Source of the DNA: Aequorivita sp.
Lineage (GTDB): Bacteria; Bacteroidota; Bacteroidia; Flavobacteriales; Flavobacteriaceae
Direction: 5' to 3'
Assembly: GCA_052105975.1 (NCBI GenBank)
Contig: JBQEAY010000008.1
Span: 30,680 to 94,679 of the forward strand
DNA: 64,000 nt
Shown here: one piece after another, positions 44,295 through 53,583 of the stretch
Layout: each line of letters begins with the position of its first letter
Position numbering within the stretch: the first letter of the stretch is position 1
Program-made: the position numbers and the translations under genes
Notes under the pieces: model-generated
Seen by the model: only the letters and a program-made list of their open reading frames with translations
What the model was told of the DNA's origin: nothing
Databases searched by the model: none

Positions 44295-44545
44295 CTGTAA
44301 AAGTTTTTATTTAGAATTGTCATAATTTCAAAACAAAACAAGTAAAAACAATACCCTTTAAAAAATTAAAAATAACTGAAAATAGCGAAAATTACAGAAA
44401 TTCATTAAACTAAAAACAAGTGATATGCGTTGATAATAAAAGAAATACAGCTAATTTGATAGGAGATTTATAGTAGTTCATTATTTCCTAGAGAAATAGC
44501 TGTTAGAAGCATAATTAGGAATAAAAAAGACTCGATTTCAAGGTT

Positions 44546-45643
44546 TTATTTCCGCTTTATACGCTTGAAAACTTCCCGAAAAATAATGACAACTGCGAAA
44601 CCGTATAAACCATAAAGAAGAATTTCTTTCCATCCAAAACTTTCTGATTTTGAACCTGGTTGCCTTTCCACAAATTGAAGTACTTGTTGAAATTGGTCTT
44701 TTTCGAGGGTGGAGATATCTTGAGAAGAACTTTCGTACTTGTTGTCATAAAAACGATACTTATCAAGATTTCCTAAGGAGAGATAGTTTTCTTTCAACAG
44801 CAAATACAGTTCATTTTTTAACCTAGGGTGAAGCGTTGTATCAATCGTTTTCAATAATTCTTCAAGGCTATTTTTTGAAATTTCATATTTACCTTTACGA
44901 GTATCTATTTTGGAAAGACCAAGCGTAGCTTTTTGCATATATTCTTCAAGCTGATTCTGCTCAGCAATATCAAGAGCTAAATGAAAGTTCTTTTCTGCCA
45001 GATCTAGATTGTCCAGTTCTAGCAAGCAATTTCCTTTTTCAAGAAAAACGAGCGCGAGGTTATTTTTTGCAACTGAATTATCGGAAATGACTTTATAGGA
45101 ATTAATCGCCAGATCATAATTTTTAATGGCATAATCACAATCAATCTCGTCCTTATATCCATTGCCTTTTATTGCAAAAATATTACCTCGCGAAACAGCC
45201 ATTACTTCCTTGGGAAGATTGGAGTTTTGAATCAAGGCGTCTGCCCTATCCAGATATTCTCTTGAAATCTCATTTAAATGCGACAACTGATATTGTTCTC
45301 CCAAAAGTCCAAGCGCCCAAATTTGATATTGGACATTTCCAGAGCTTTCCGCTAGTTCCAAAGTTTTGGTAGCGTACTCGAGCGCTTCGCCATTTTGGTT
45401 AAGCGCCGTATACCCATTGACCAAAGTGACAAGCGCAACTATTTTTGTATTTTTATGTTTGGCATTTTTATAAACGTAGGTGCTCAGTTCTACGGCTCTT
45501 TCAGCGTCTTGATAAACACTTATATTGGCTTCTCGCAATTCTTTAGCAAATTCTCCTTCTTCTTGCGCTAAACTTTGTTGCGGCATAAAATAACAACACC
45601 ACAGCACTAAAAAAGCTAAGATGCGAAGATTGAAGATTGGCAT
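44546..45643 (-). CDS. TPR-repeat protein with C-terminal membrane anchor
   Basis: 365 aa. N-terminal signal, TPR-like repeats and a C-terminal TM (ILLYGLYGFAVVIIF). Confidence 0.55.
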   Translation of the reverse strand: MPIFNLRILAFLVLWCCYFMPQQSLAQEEGEFAKELREANISVYQDAERAVELSTYVYKNAKHKNTKIVALVTLVNGYTALNQNGEALEYATKTLELAESSGNVQYQIWALGLLGEQYQLSHLNEISREYLDRADALIQNSNLPKEVMAVSRGNIFAIKGNGYKDEIDCDYAIKNYDLAINSYKVISDNSVAKNNLALVFLEKGNCLLELDNLDLAEKNFHLALDIAEQNQLEEYMQKATLGLSKIDTRKGKYEISKNSLEELLKTIDTTLHPRLKNELYLLLKENYLSLGNLDKYRFYDNKYESSSQDISTLEKDQFQQVLQFVERQPGSKSESFGWKEILLYGLYGFAVVIIFREVFKRIKRK

Positions 45644-45734
45644 GCCAGTTCAGAAATTAAATTACGGTGAGGTGCAAAGATAAATTATAAACAGGGTTCT
45701 TTTATACCATCTTAGAGTCAATAGATACAATCTC

Positions 45735-46430
45735 TCATATTTTAGGCAAAAGATCGCAAAACCAAAATCCATTTTTTGATTCGCCGTGCGTGTATTCTCT
45801 GTAGACAGTTTCACCAATTTTAAAGTCTATTGGATTTTTAAAATAGGGTGCATCAAAACAAAACGTATGGAATTCCCCATTTTCACCACATGGATCTACT
45901 CCTGCAGGCAAATCTTTCAAAAACTCTTTATCGATTATCCTACCTGCAAAAGAAGAGTCAAGTAAGCTTGCATTTACACAAACTACAATGGTTTTAAAAC
46001 CTAGGCCAATAAACTCTTCCATCAACGCTGCTGTGTTCCTTTGCCAAAGCGGAAAAACCGTTTTAATACCGAGTGGCTCTAACTGCTGCTCGCGGTATTT
46101 TTTTAAATCTTCTAAAAGAATATCGCCAAACGCGGAATATCCAAAGCCATCAGCCTTTAATTGCTGAACTTTTTCACCCATTAAGGTTTCATATTCCACA
46201 TTTGTGGGCTGTTCAGGCAGCTGAATTGTTCCATTTGGAATACCGATTGCATCAAATTGCTGCTGTAATAATTCCACCGGTAAACCGTGCATACTCACGC
46301 GCTGATAGTGCGCATTGACAGAAGTGAGTAAGTAATCAACCGCGTACTTTTCATCCTGCAGTAAATAATGCAATGCCAAAGCAGAGTCTTTCCCAGTACT
46401 CCAATTGAAATATGTTTTTTGCTTTGGCAT
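45735..46430 (-). CDS. Diphthine-ammonia ligase-like ATP pyrophosphatase (Dph6/MJ0570 N-terminal domain family)
   Basis: 231 aa. PP-loop-like NWSTGKDSALAL and ..AFGDILLEDLKKYREQQL...G....FPLW.. motifs, as I recall for this family. Confidence 0.65.
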   Translation of the reverse strand: MPKQKTYFNWSTGKDSALALHYLLQDEKYAVDYLLTSVNAHYQRVSMHGLPVELLQQQFDAIGIPNGTIQLPEQPTNVEYETLMGEKVQQLKADGFGYSAFGDILLEDLKKYREQQLEPLGIKTVFPLWQRNTAALMEEFIGLGFKTIVVCVNASLLDSSFAGRIIDKEFLKDLPAGVDPCGENGEFHTFCFDAPYFKNPIDFKIGETVYREYTHGESKNGFWFCDLLPKI

Positions 46431-46446
46431 TTTATAGTTTAATTAA

Positions 46447-48201
46447 TTATAATTTCTTACCAAGAATCTCCTGCCCACTCTGAAATAAGGTTAAGCTATC
46501 AACATTTCCAGCTTCATTTTTATTGAAAACAATTTGTGCGGTAACTACTTTCACATAAAACTCAGTTTCTGATTTTGGAAAAATTTCAAAAGCAGCTTGT
46601 CCAGTTGCTTGCGCCTTTAACTGGTTTCCATCTTTGGTAATGCTAAGAATAAACCCAGGTTTCAATTCATACTCACCAACATAACTTTCTAAGACTGCAT
46701 CTGAAACAGTGGCATCTTTAACCATGCCTTCGGTTTCTACACCCAATTTTTTCAGCATATCAATTCCATTTTGATTGGCCGGATTCATCTCGATCGATTT
46801 TTTATAATTGGCTATTGCCAACTCATTATTCCCTTGTTCCATAAGGACTTCGGCATAACTGTCATACACATTTGAAGATTCTGGAAAGGCTTCCATATTC
46901 AGTTTAAAAACTGCTTCAGCTTCATTTTTCTTTCCAACCTGCAACAGACTGTAACCTACACTATTCATTTCGCTCTCTTTAAAAGAATATTGCTTTGAGT
47001 CCTTGTTCTTTTTATAAAATGCAAGACCAGCCTTTAAATCTTTATCTATAATTTTATTGTAAACTGAATTAGCTAATGATGGCTTCGGAAGATCATAAGA
47101 TTTACCATTCAAAATTCCATTGACGGCGATATTGATGCTATTTAGCGGTGCGCCACCAGTATTATTCAGTAAAACAACCAGAGCTTTATCTGCAGGCTCG
47201 CGGGTAATAAGTGTATTAAACCCGTTAATTCCTCCACCATGTGAAATTACCTCAACACTGTCTTTGCTATTGCCAATAGGCATGTTTCCAATCATCCATC
47301 CATAGCCGTAAGATTGCCCAAAAGCATCTACGTATTTCTCAAACATCATATCTCTGTATTTCTTCGGAAGTAATTTTTCAGTATATAGTGCTTGATCCCA
47401 CAAATACAGATCTTCAACGGTAGAATAAAGAGCTCCTGCGGCATAAGGCGAAGACATATCGATATATGCTGCATTTTCAGGAGTGCTTCCTTTCATTTCG
47501 TAACCAGAGGCACGTTTCTTTAATATTGTATTGTGATGGTCATAACCCGAGTTTTTCATTTTTAAGGGATCGAATATTTTCTCTTGCAAGACTTTTTCGT
47601 AGGACTTCCCGGTAACTTTTTCGATAATAGCTCCCAGCAATACATAACCCGAATTACTATAAGAAAAACGCTCCCCAGGTGTAAAGTCTAAAGTAGAATC
47701 AGCAAAGAGCTCTAACATTTCAGTGGGAGTATATGGATTGCGGCTCATTTCTTTAAAGAAATTTGGAAAGGAAGTGTAATTGGGAATTCCTGAAGTATGT
47801 GTAAGCAATTGATGAATCGTTATTTTATCACCATTAACCTTTGAATAATTAGGTAGATATTTGGAAACAGTTGCCTGTAGATCCAGCTTTCCTTCGGCCA
47901 CCAATTGCATAATAAGCATAGCCGTAAACTGTTTGGTAATGCTTCCCAAACGATGTTTGGTCTCTGGCGTATTTGGAATATCCCATTCCATATTCGCCAT
48001 TCCAAAACCTTTTTTATAGATAACCTTTCCATTTTCTGCAACTAGAGCGGAACCGTTAAACTGGCCATATTCAGTGTATTTGTTTAAAAGCTCATCTAAC
48101 TGATCTGTTTTTGTTTGTCCGAAGCTAACTGCAAGCGTTGCCATAAAGGCAATAACCGCAACAAAGGCGTATCTGCGATACTGGTTTTTGTGTGATTTCA
48201 T
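46447..48201 (-). CDS. Serine hydrolase (class C beta-lactamase/PBP family) with C-terminal TPR and beta domains
   Basis: 584 aa. Signal peptide. SxxK active site (GSITKQF), YSN motif (YSNSGY) and HGG-type third motif. TPR segment ..AIANYKKSIEMNPAN... Confidence 0.8.
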   Translation of the reverse strand: MKSHKNQYRRYAFVAVIAFMATLAVSFGQTKTDQLDELLNKYTEYGQFNGSALVAENGKVIYKKGFGMANMEWDIPNTPETKHRLGSITKQFTAMLIMQLVAEGKLDLQATVSKYLPNYSKVNGDKITIHQLLTHTSGIPNYTSFPNFFKEMSRNPYTPTEMLELFADSTLDFTPGERFSYSNSGYVLLGAIIEKVTGKSYEKVLQEKIFDPLKMKNSGYDHHNTILKKRASGYEMKGSTPENAAYIDMSSPYAAGALYSTVEDLYLWDQALYTEKLLPKKYRDMMFEKYVDAFGQSYGYGWMIGNMPIGNSKDSVEVISHGGGINGFNTLITREPADKALVVLLNNTGGAPLNSINIAVNGILNGKSYDLPKPSLANSVYNKIIDKDLKAGLAFYKKNKDSKQYSFKESEMNSVGYSLLQVGKKNEAEAVFKLNMEAFPESSNVYDSYAEVLMEQGNNELAIANYKKSIEMNPANQNGIDMLKKLGVETEGMVKDATVSDAVLESYVGEYELKPGFILSITKDGNQLKAQATGQAAFEIFPKSETEFYVKVVTAQIVFNKNEAGNVDSLTLFQSGQEILGKKL

Positions 48202-48434
48202 AATGTTGGTTGACTTTTGATTGATGAATTATTTTGATTACCAATAGGACGCAGAAGAAAGGTCTGTGTTACAGTTAGATCCAGTTTATTTGAAACGGAA
48301 AAAAGGTCACACATGGAAATGCTCTGAAATTTAGAGGTAAGTTTTATTTAGGAGGCGGTCTTTGCAATGATATTAATCCTTACTAAGTCATGAATCACGA
48401 GCAAGGCACTAGCAATCAAGAAAAATTAGAATAA

Positions 48435-48860
48435 TCATGCATTCTTTAGCTTCTCTATATCAAACTTTTTCATTTTCATATAGGCTGCCACCACATTTTT
48501 GACTTTGTCGGGATTACTTAAAAGTTCTGGTAGTATTTTTGGAACAATTTGCCAAGAAACACCAAATTTATCCTTTAACCATCCACAACTACCTTCACTC
48601 CCACCACCTGAAATTAAATTCTCCCAATAATGATCAATTTCTTCTTGAGTTTCGCAGTCGACCACAAAGGATACCGCTTCATTAAACTTAAATTCTGGAC
48701 CTGCATTTAGACCCATAAACTTTTTGCCGTTTAGTTTAAATGTTACAACCATTTGATTGTCTGCGATGATTTTTGAATTCTTAAAGATTGAACAATAAAA
48801 TTGTGCTGCTGCCTGGGCCTGTCCGTCAAACCACAAGCAAGGATAAATTTGATTTTCCAT
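48435..48860 (-). CDS. VOC-superfamily protein (PhnB / 3-demethylubiquinone methyltransferase-like domain)
   Basis: 141 aa. ..IYPCLWFDGQAQAAAQFY.SIF.NS.I... and ..DKFGVSWQI.. are typical of this family. Confidence 0.7.
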   Translation of the reverse strand: MENQIYPCLWFDGQAQAAAQFYCSIFKNSKIIADNQMVVTFKLNGKKFMGLNAGPEFKFNEAVSFVVDCETQEEIDHYWENLISGGGSEGSCGWLKDKFGVSWQIVPKILPELLSNPDKVKNVVAAYMKMKKFDIEKLKNA

Positions 48861-48999
48861 TTCTGTTGATATATAGATTTCAAATTTAAAACTCTATAAA
48901 CGAAATTTCCTTGCCATAAGACAAGAAATAGATGTGTCTTTTTCTGCTACTTGTAATGTCTATACTACTTGGTATTGGATAATAGCTAACCATCCAATT

Positions 49000-49548
49000 C
49001 TAAAGCTTGTTGCTTATTAATTTTGCCACTTTAATTACCTGTTCTTTGTTGACGGCTTCATCCGCTGATGTTCTTAAATACACGTGAATTAAATGACCAT
49101 CCGCCAGAAAAGTAACTTGGTGTTTTTTTGCACTCCATGTTGCTATATCACCTATTCCATCTTGACTTTCAGCATCATCATAAAACGAAACTGATTGTTC
49201 ATATTGTTTTTTGGAAATATCTTTTATCATCGTTATATACATTTCCGCAGGTTGTTCAATACTCTTTTTTGTTTTTACGATACCTGGAAGGTTAACAGTT
49301 CCAGAAAAGGGAACTGATTCCCACTTGTATTTACACATAGGAAAGGGACGATCTTTTTCTTCCATTGTGGTAGCAGCATCTGCAGGAATTGACAATGCGT
49401 CCTTTATCTCTGATTCGGATAGTAATTCGCAAGGTGAATCTATTTCAGTTTTGACGATTGAGCTACTACTTCCATCTTTTGATTTTTCCGAATTTCCGCA
49501 TGAGATTGTAAGAAAAATGATGGTGATTAGTAAGAATAATTTTTTCAT
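49000..49548 (-). CDS. Hypothetical lipoprotein
   Basis: 182 aa. Lipobox FLTISCGNSE. No family recognised. Confidence 0.5.
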   Translation of the reverse strand: MKKLFLLITIIFLTISCGNSEKSKDGSSSSIVKTEIDSPCELLSESEIKDALSIPADAATTMEEKDRPFPMCKYKWESVPFSGTVNLPGIVKTKKSIEQPAEMYITMIKDISKKQYEQSVSFYDDAESQDGIGDIATWSAKKHQVTFLADGHLIHVYLRTSADEAVNKEQVIKVAKLISNKL

Positions 49549-49656
49549 GATTTTGAATTTTAGTTAGTTAGAAGCCTATAAATTACGAAATGCATATTTC
49601 AATCACAAACTCAATAAGATGTAATACTTTTGAAGAACAAATAAAAAAATAGTCCA

Positions 49657-49708
49657 AAACCCTTTGTGCTCTTTGTGTAAATCTTCGTGTTCTTTGTGGT
49701 TAAAAAAT
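49657..49708. repeat. REP-like CTTTGTG word array (single arm)
   Basis: AAACCCTTTGTGCTCTTTGTGTAAATCTTCGTGTTCTTTGTGGTTAAAAAATC: four CTTYGTG words. Same family as 34113-34192. Confidence 0.65.
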
Positions 49709-49755
49709 CGCCTAGACCTAATTTTGCTTTAACTATTCATAAAAGAAAATGGCTT

Positions 49756-50073
49756 TCACCCTATCAGCATATTATAAGGACGTTCTATCTTCTCCTGAAG
49801 TTCTTGGATTCCCATCAACCGCACCTTTCTTAAAAATTCTTTCCCTTCAAAGAAAACCAATAACGTTGGCGCGGAGAAAACACCATATTCCCCAGAAATC
49901 CCTGGTGATTTATCTATTTTTATATGAACAAATTTTATTGCAGGAAATTCATTAGAAAACAACTCCTCTACTTTCGGTTTTAGAGCATGACATACACCAC
50001 AATTGGGCGAAGAAAAATAAACTGCTATCGCAGATTCTGACTCAATCAATTTTTTCAAAGTAACAAGATCCAT
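49756..50073 (-). CDS. Thioredoxin-family protein
   Basis: 105 aa. CxxC active site (SPNCGVCHALKP) in a thioredoxin-length protein. Confidence 0.65.
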   Translation of the reverse strand: MDLVTLKKLIESESAIAVYFSSPNCGVCHALKPKVEELFSNEFPAIKFVHIKIDKSPGISGEYGVFSAPTLLVFFEGKEFLRKVRLMGIQELQEKIERPYNMLIG

Positions 50074-50112
50074 TGGCCAAAAATTTTTTAAATAGCTATT
50101 AATACAAGTATT

Positions 50113-50565
50113 CTATTTATCATCATCATTCTCTCTCCCATCTTTATTCATTCTAACAAAATTATAGACCCCTTTTCCTTCAGCAATCAGTTTGTCATTT
50201 TGGAATGCTTTCATCCTAGCCACAAGAATTCTGTTTCCAAACCTGATAATTTTACCTTCCACCATAATCGCTTCTGGCTCGGCACCTCGTAGATAGTCTA
50301 CCCTTAAATCGATGGTTGATATTTTATCATCAAGGGAGGTAAAGCGTGTAGCTCCAATCACACCTCCTACAGAATCCATAACTGTGGCAATAATACCGCC
50401 ATGCCATCTATTATTCCTAAAATCACCGACCAATTCCTTTCTAAACGGAACAGTAATTCTGACGAAATTTTTTTCCAGGAGCACTATTTTTAATCCTAAA
50501 AATTTATGCATTGGGATGCTTTCCTCAAATGTGGCTTTTATAAGTTCTATATTATTATCGAGCAT
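50113..50565 (-). CDS. Hotdog-fold thioesterase (PaaI family)
   Basis: 150 aa. ..IPMHKFLGLK......., ..HGGIIATVMDSVGG.. pattern. Confidence 0.7.
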   Translation of the reverse strand: MLDNNIELIKATFEESIPMHKFLGLKIVLLEKNFVRITVPFRKELVGDFRNNRWHGGIIATVMDSVGGVIGATRFTSLDDKISTIDLRVDYLRGAEPEAIMVEGKIIRFGNRILVARMKAFQNDKLIAEGKGVYNFVRMNKDGRENDDDK

Positions 50566-50710
50566 TTGCTTTTCTGTTTTTTTCCAGCCTCTACATTCTA
50601 AAAGAATATTTTTTTCCGGCTGAGATTATATTATCAAATTCCCTCAAATGTAAAAAGAAACTTGCAATTACTAGAGAGCACATAAGAAAGTTCTGAAACG
50701 TGTTGAACAT

Positions 50711-51247
50711 CTAGATTTTGATAAATTCTTCTTTAGTTAGCGAATAGAAATTATGAAGCGTTCCCTCATATTCAAATATATCCCTTTTAATAAGGCCCAC
50801 TTTTTTCAAAATTGCATTGGAAGCTGAATGAGCTACATCTGCAATTCCAACAATTTCTTTAAAACCCAAGGTAGTAAAGCCATGATTTAAGGAAGCGATG
50901 GCAGTTTCTGAAGCATATCCTTTTCCCCAGTGTTTTTTAAGGAATCGATATCCGAGATCGTAATAATCTGTTTTGTCGTTTACAATATCGGTTACAAACT
51001 TAAACCCGCTCCAGCCAATAAATTCACCACTCTCCTTTTCTACAACGGCCCATCTACCGATTCCATTTTCTTTGTATTGTAATTTTATAGCTTCTATATA
51101 ATCTTTAGCCTCCTCCAGTGAAGAAATGGGTTTGTTTCCTAAAAAAGTATGCACATCGGGGTCGGAGTCCATTTCAAACATGGCAGGCGCATCTTCCTTT
51201 AATAATTCGCGTATTATTAACCGATTGGTTTCAATATGGATTTTCAT
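50711..51247 (-). CDS. GNAT family N-acetyltransferase (RimJ/RimL-like)
   Basis: The start at the internal ATG (MKIHIETNRLIIREL..) is typical. ..RWAVVEKESGEFIGWSGF.. and ..WGKGYASE.. acetyl-CoA site. Confidence 0.8.
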   Translation of the reverse strand: MKIHIETNRLIIRELLKEDAPAMFEMDSDPDVHTFLGNKPISSLEEAKDYIEAIKLQYKENGIGRWAVVEKESGEFIGWSGFKFVTDIVNDKTDYYDLGYRFLKKHWGKGYASETAIASLNHGFTTLGFKEIVGIADVAHSASNAILKKVGLIKRDIFEYEGTLHNFYSLTKEEFIKI

Positions 51248-51484
51248 TTTAATAATCGTTTCAGAGAAAATGAATTCGGTTCTAAAAATTGACAATGCAA
51301 GCTAAATAAAAAAAACAGATCAATTTTTATCTGCTACCTAATATTACAAAGGAACAAAAAAGTGGTTGACAATTACCCCTAACAAAAGTCTGACCCTTAA
51401 CGGAGCCAAAGTGACGAAATAACTATCTTTGCAAAATAATAAATAACAATCCATTGTGCATTTTGATGAATATCATTCCATTTT

Positions 51485-51589
51485 GGTGAAATTTCAAGTT
51501 TTTTGCCTCTTATCCTAAAGGAAGAACTTGAAATTTCATCGATATTCCCTTTAGCTTTAGGGTAAAAATCGATGAAATGTTCAAAATTC
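51485..51589 (+). promoter_or_regulatory. Structured leader upstream of purK with mutually exclusive hairpins
   Basis: Segment A GAAATTTCAAGTT (51488-51500) pairs perfectly with B AACTTGAAATTTC (51525-51537). B plus flank TTTCATCGAT (51534-51543) pairs perfectly with C ATCGATGAAA (51568-51577). A TATCTTTG (-7-like box) lies at 51424-51431. Confidence 0.4.
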
Positions 51590-51629
51590 ACAACGGATAA
51601 TAATAACAATAGTTAATAATTAATAACCA

Positions 51630-52784
51630 ATGAACTACTTCTCTACCAACTTTACCCTAGGCATTCTTGGCGGTGGGCAATTGGGCAAAATGATGCTTTA
51701 TGAAACTCGTAAATGGGATATTCGTACACACGTGCTAGATCCTAGTGCCGAAGCTCCTTGCCGCGTTGCTACGGATCTTTTTCAACAAGGCGATCTGATG
51801 GATTATGAAACAGTTTATAACTTCGGAAAAAAGGTGGATGTACTTACTTTTGAAATTGAAGGTGTAAATGTGAAAGCCTTGGAAAAACTTGAAAGTGAAG
51901 GAATAAAAGTATATCCGAGCGCTGCAACATTACGAAATATTCAAGATAAAGGTATTCAGAAGCAGTTTTATAAAGAACATAAAATCCCAACCTCGCCTTT
52001 TAAGGTTTACAAGAATAAAGAAGAGTTAAATGAAGCTATTGTCCGCAAGGAATTGCATTTCCCATTTGTATGGAAAAGCTGCACCGGTGGCTACGATGGA
52101 AAGGGCGTGAGTATTATCCGTGATGCCGAGGATACAATTCCAGTATCTGACGGTCCTTGTATCGCCGAAAAATTGATACCATTTAAAAATGAGTTGGCAG
52201 TAATAGTAGCCCGAAACCCATCTGGAGAAGTAAAAACGTATCCAGTGGTAGAAATGGAATTCCACCCAGAAGCCAATCAAGTGGAGTACGTAATCTGCCC
52301 TGCAAGAATAGACGAAGCCGTTGCAAACAAGGCACGAGCTTTAGCAACCAAAGTATCCGAAGCGTTTCAACACGTTGGACTTTTAGCCGTTGAAATGTTC
52401 CAAACCGAAGACGATGAAATTTTAGTAAACGAAGTAGCACCCAGACCTCATAACAGTGGTCATTACAGCATTGAAGCCAGCTATACCAACCAATTTGAAC
52501 AACAGATAAGAGCTATTTTAGATTTACCACTTGGAAACACAGACAGCAAAGTTGGCGGAATAATGGTAAACTTGGTAGGAGCCGAAGGTTACACAGGACC
52601 TGTTTTTTATAAAAATATAGAAAATATTTTAGCGATGGAAGGCGTAACCCCTCACATCTACGGCAAAAAAGAAACTCGCCCTTTTAGAAAGATGGGGCAT
52701 GTAACTATAGTGAATAAAGATCTTAATGAAGCTAGGAAAATTGCGGAGAAGGTTAAGAAGACGATAGAGGTTATAGCTAAATAA
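51630..52784 (+). CDS. purK: 5-(carboxyamino)imidazole ribonucleotide synthase
   Basis: 384 aa. ATP-grasp protein with N-terminal LGILGGGQLGKM and ..EVAPRPHNSGH.. motifs. Confidence 0.9.
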   Translation: MNYFSTNFTLGILGGGQLGKMMLYETRKWDIRTHVLDPSAEAPCRVATDLFQQGDLMDYETVYNFGKKVDVLTFEIEGVNVKALEKLESEGIKVYPSAATLRNIQDKGIQKQFYKEHKIPTSPFKVYKNKEELNEAIVRKELHFPFVWKSCTGGYDGKGVSIIRDAEDTIPVSDGPCIAEKLIPFKNELAVIVARNPSGEVKTYPVVEMEFHPEANQVEYVICPARIDEAVANKARALATKVSEAFQHVGLLAVEMFQTEDDEILVNEVAPRPHNSGHYSIEASYTNQFEQQIRAILDLPLGNTDSKVGGIMVNLVGAEGYTGPVFYKNIENILAMEGVTPHIYGKKETRPFRKMGHVTIVNKDLNEARKIAEKVKKTIEVIAK

Positions 52785-52883
52785 CCAACTGTTGCAAAAA
52801 ATGCACTAGTTCAAATTTTTGATAATTCAAAATACAGAATATAAATCAACTACTGTGGAATCCTCGGTAGTTCAAACAAACCA

Positions 52884-53138
52884 ATGGGACTTAATAAAGA
52901 CTTATCCAAAAGCGAAGTTGTCGTTTACAAATCAGATGATAAATCTGTGGAGTTTCAAGTGCTGTTAGATGAAAACGAAGATACTGTCTGGGCCACTGAG
53001 CAACAAATAATGGAGCTGTTTGGAAAAGCAAGAAGAACCATTGGTGGGCACATTAAAAATATTTATGAGGAGAAAGAGCTTGACAGCAAAGCAACTTGGC
53101 GGGAATCCCGCCAAGTTCAAAAAGTTATAAATCATTAG
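52884..53138 (+). pseudogene. RhuM-family gene fragment (N-terminal ~75 aa only)
   Basis: ..VVVYKSDDKSVEFQVLLDENEDTVWATEQQIMELFGKARRTIGGHIKNIYEEKELD.. matches the RhuM N-terminus. The ORF stops after ..RQVQK, where full-length (~330 aa) family members continue. Confidence 0.6.
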
Positions 53139-53556
53139 TAAAAGTATTTCAAATATCGTTATTTACAAGGCAGATGATGGTCTTATGGATGTCCAAGTAA
53201 AATTGGACAAGGAAACGGTTTGGCTTTCTTTAAATCAAATTTCTAATTTATTTGATAAAGATAAGTCTGTGATTTCAAGGCATATTATGAATGTCTTGAA
53301 AGAAGGAGAACTTGAAAGAAATTCAGTTGTTGCAAAAAATGCAACAACTGCTTCGGATGGTAAAACATATCAAGTCGAATTTTTTAATCTAGACGTAATC
53401 ATTTCAGTTGGTTACCGAGTAAATTCCAAAAAAGGAACCCAATTCAGGATTTGGGCTACCAACCAACTAAATGAACATCTCGTCAAAGGTTATTCGATAA
53501 ACGAGAAACGAAAAGATTATATCAAAGACTTACTAAAAAAGAAAAAATATTTTTGA
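53131..53556 (+). pseudogene. Second RhuM-family gene fragment (N-terminal ~125 aa; native start lost, 3' truncated)
   Basis: The open frame from 53131 reads ..IVIYKADDGLMDVQVKLDKETVWLSLNQISNLFDKDKSVISRHI.NVLKEGEL......AKNATTASDGKTYQVEFFNLDVIISVGYRVNSKKGTQFRIWATN.L.EHLVKGYSINEKR. It then ends. The first ATG (53185) is internal to the homologous region. Confidence 0.65.
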
Positions 53557-53583
53557 GAGATTAAGTTGAAATGAAATCATTTT

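Noticed and set aside
42277-44325. Plus-strand ORFs 42277-42549, 43011-43391, 43671-44156 and 44104-44325, opposite the T9SS cargo gene.
   Set aside because: They are shadow ORFs antisense to a 675-aa ORF that has a signal peptide and a bona fide T9SS CTD.
51397-51609. 70-aa minus-strand ORF in the GNAT-purK spacer.
   Set aside because: It is filled by the 13-bp and 10-bp inverted repeats of the putative purK leader, has low-complexity composition and resembles no family. It is more likely non-coding.
52791-52805. A 15-nt identity (GTTGCAAAAAATGCA) between the purK 3' flank and the second RhuM fragment (53329-53343), as evidence for a third RhuM remnant.
   Set aside because: A single A-rich 15-mer match in 64 kb of AT-rich DNA is within chance expectation, and the flanking similarity is weak.
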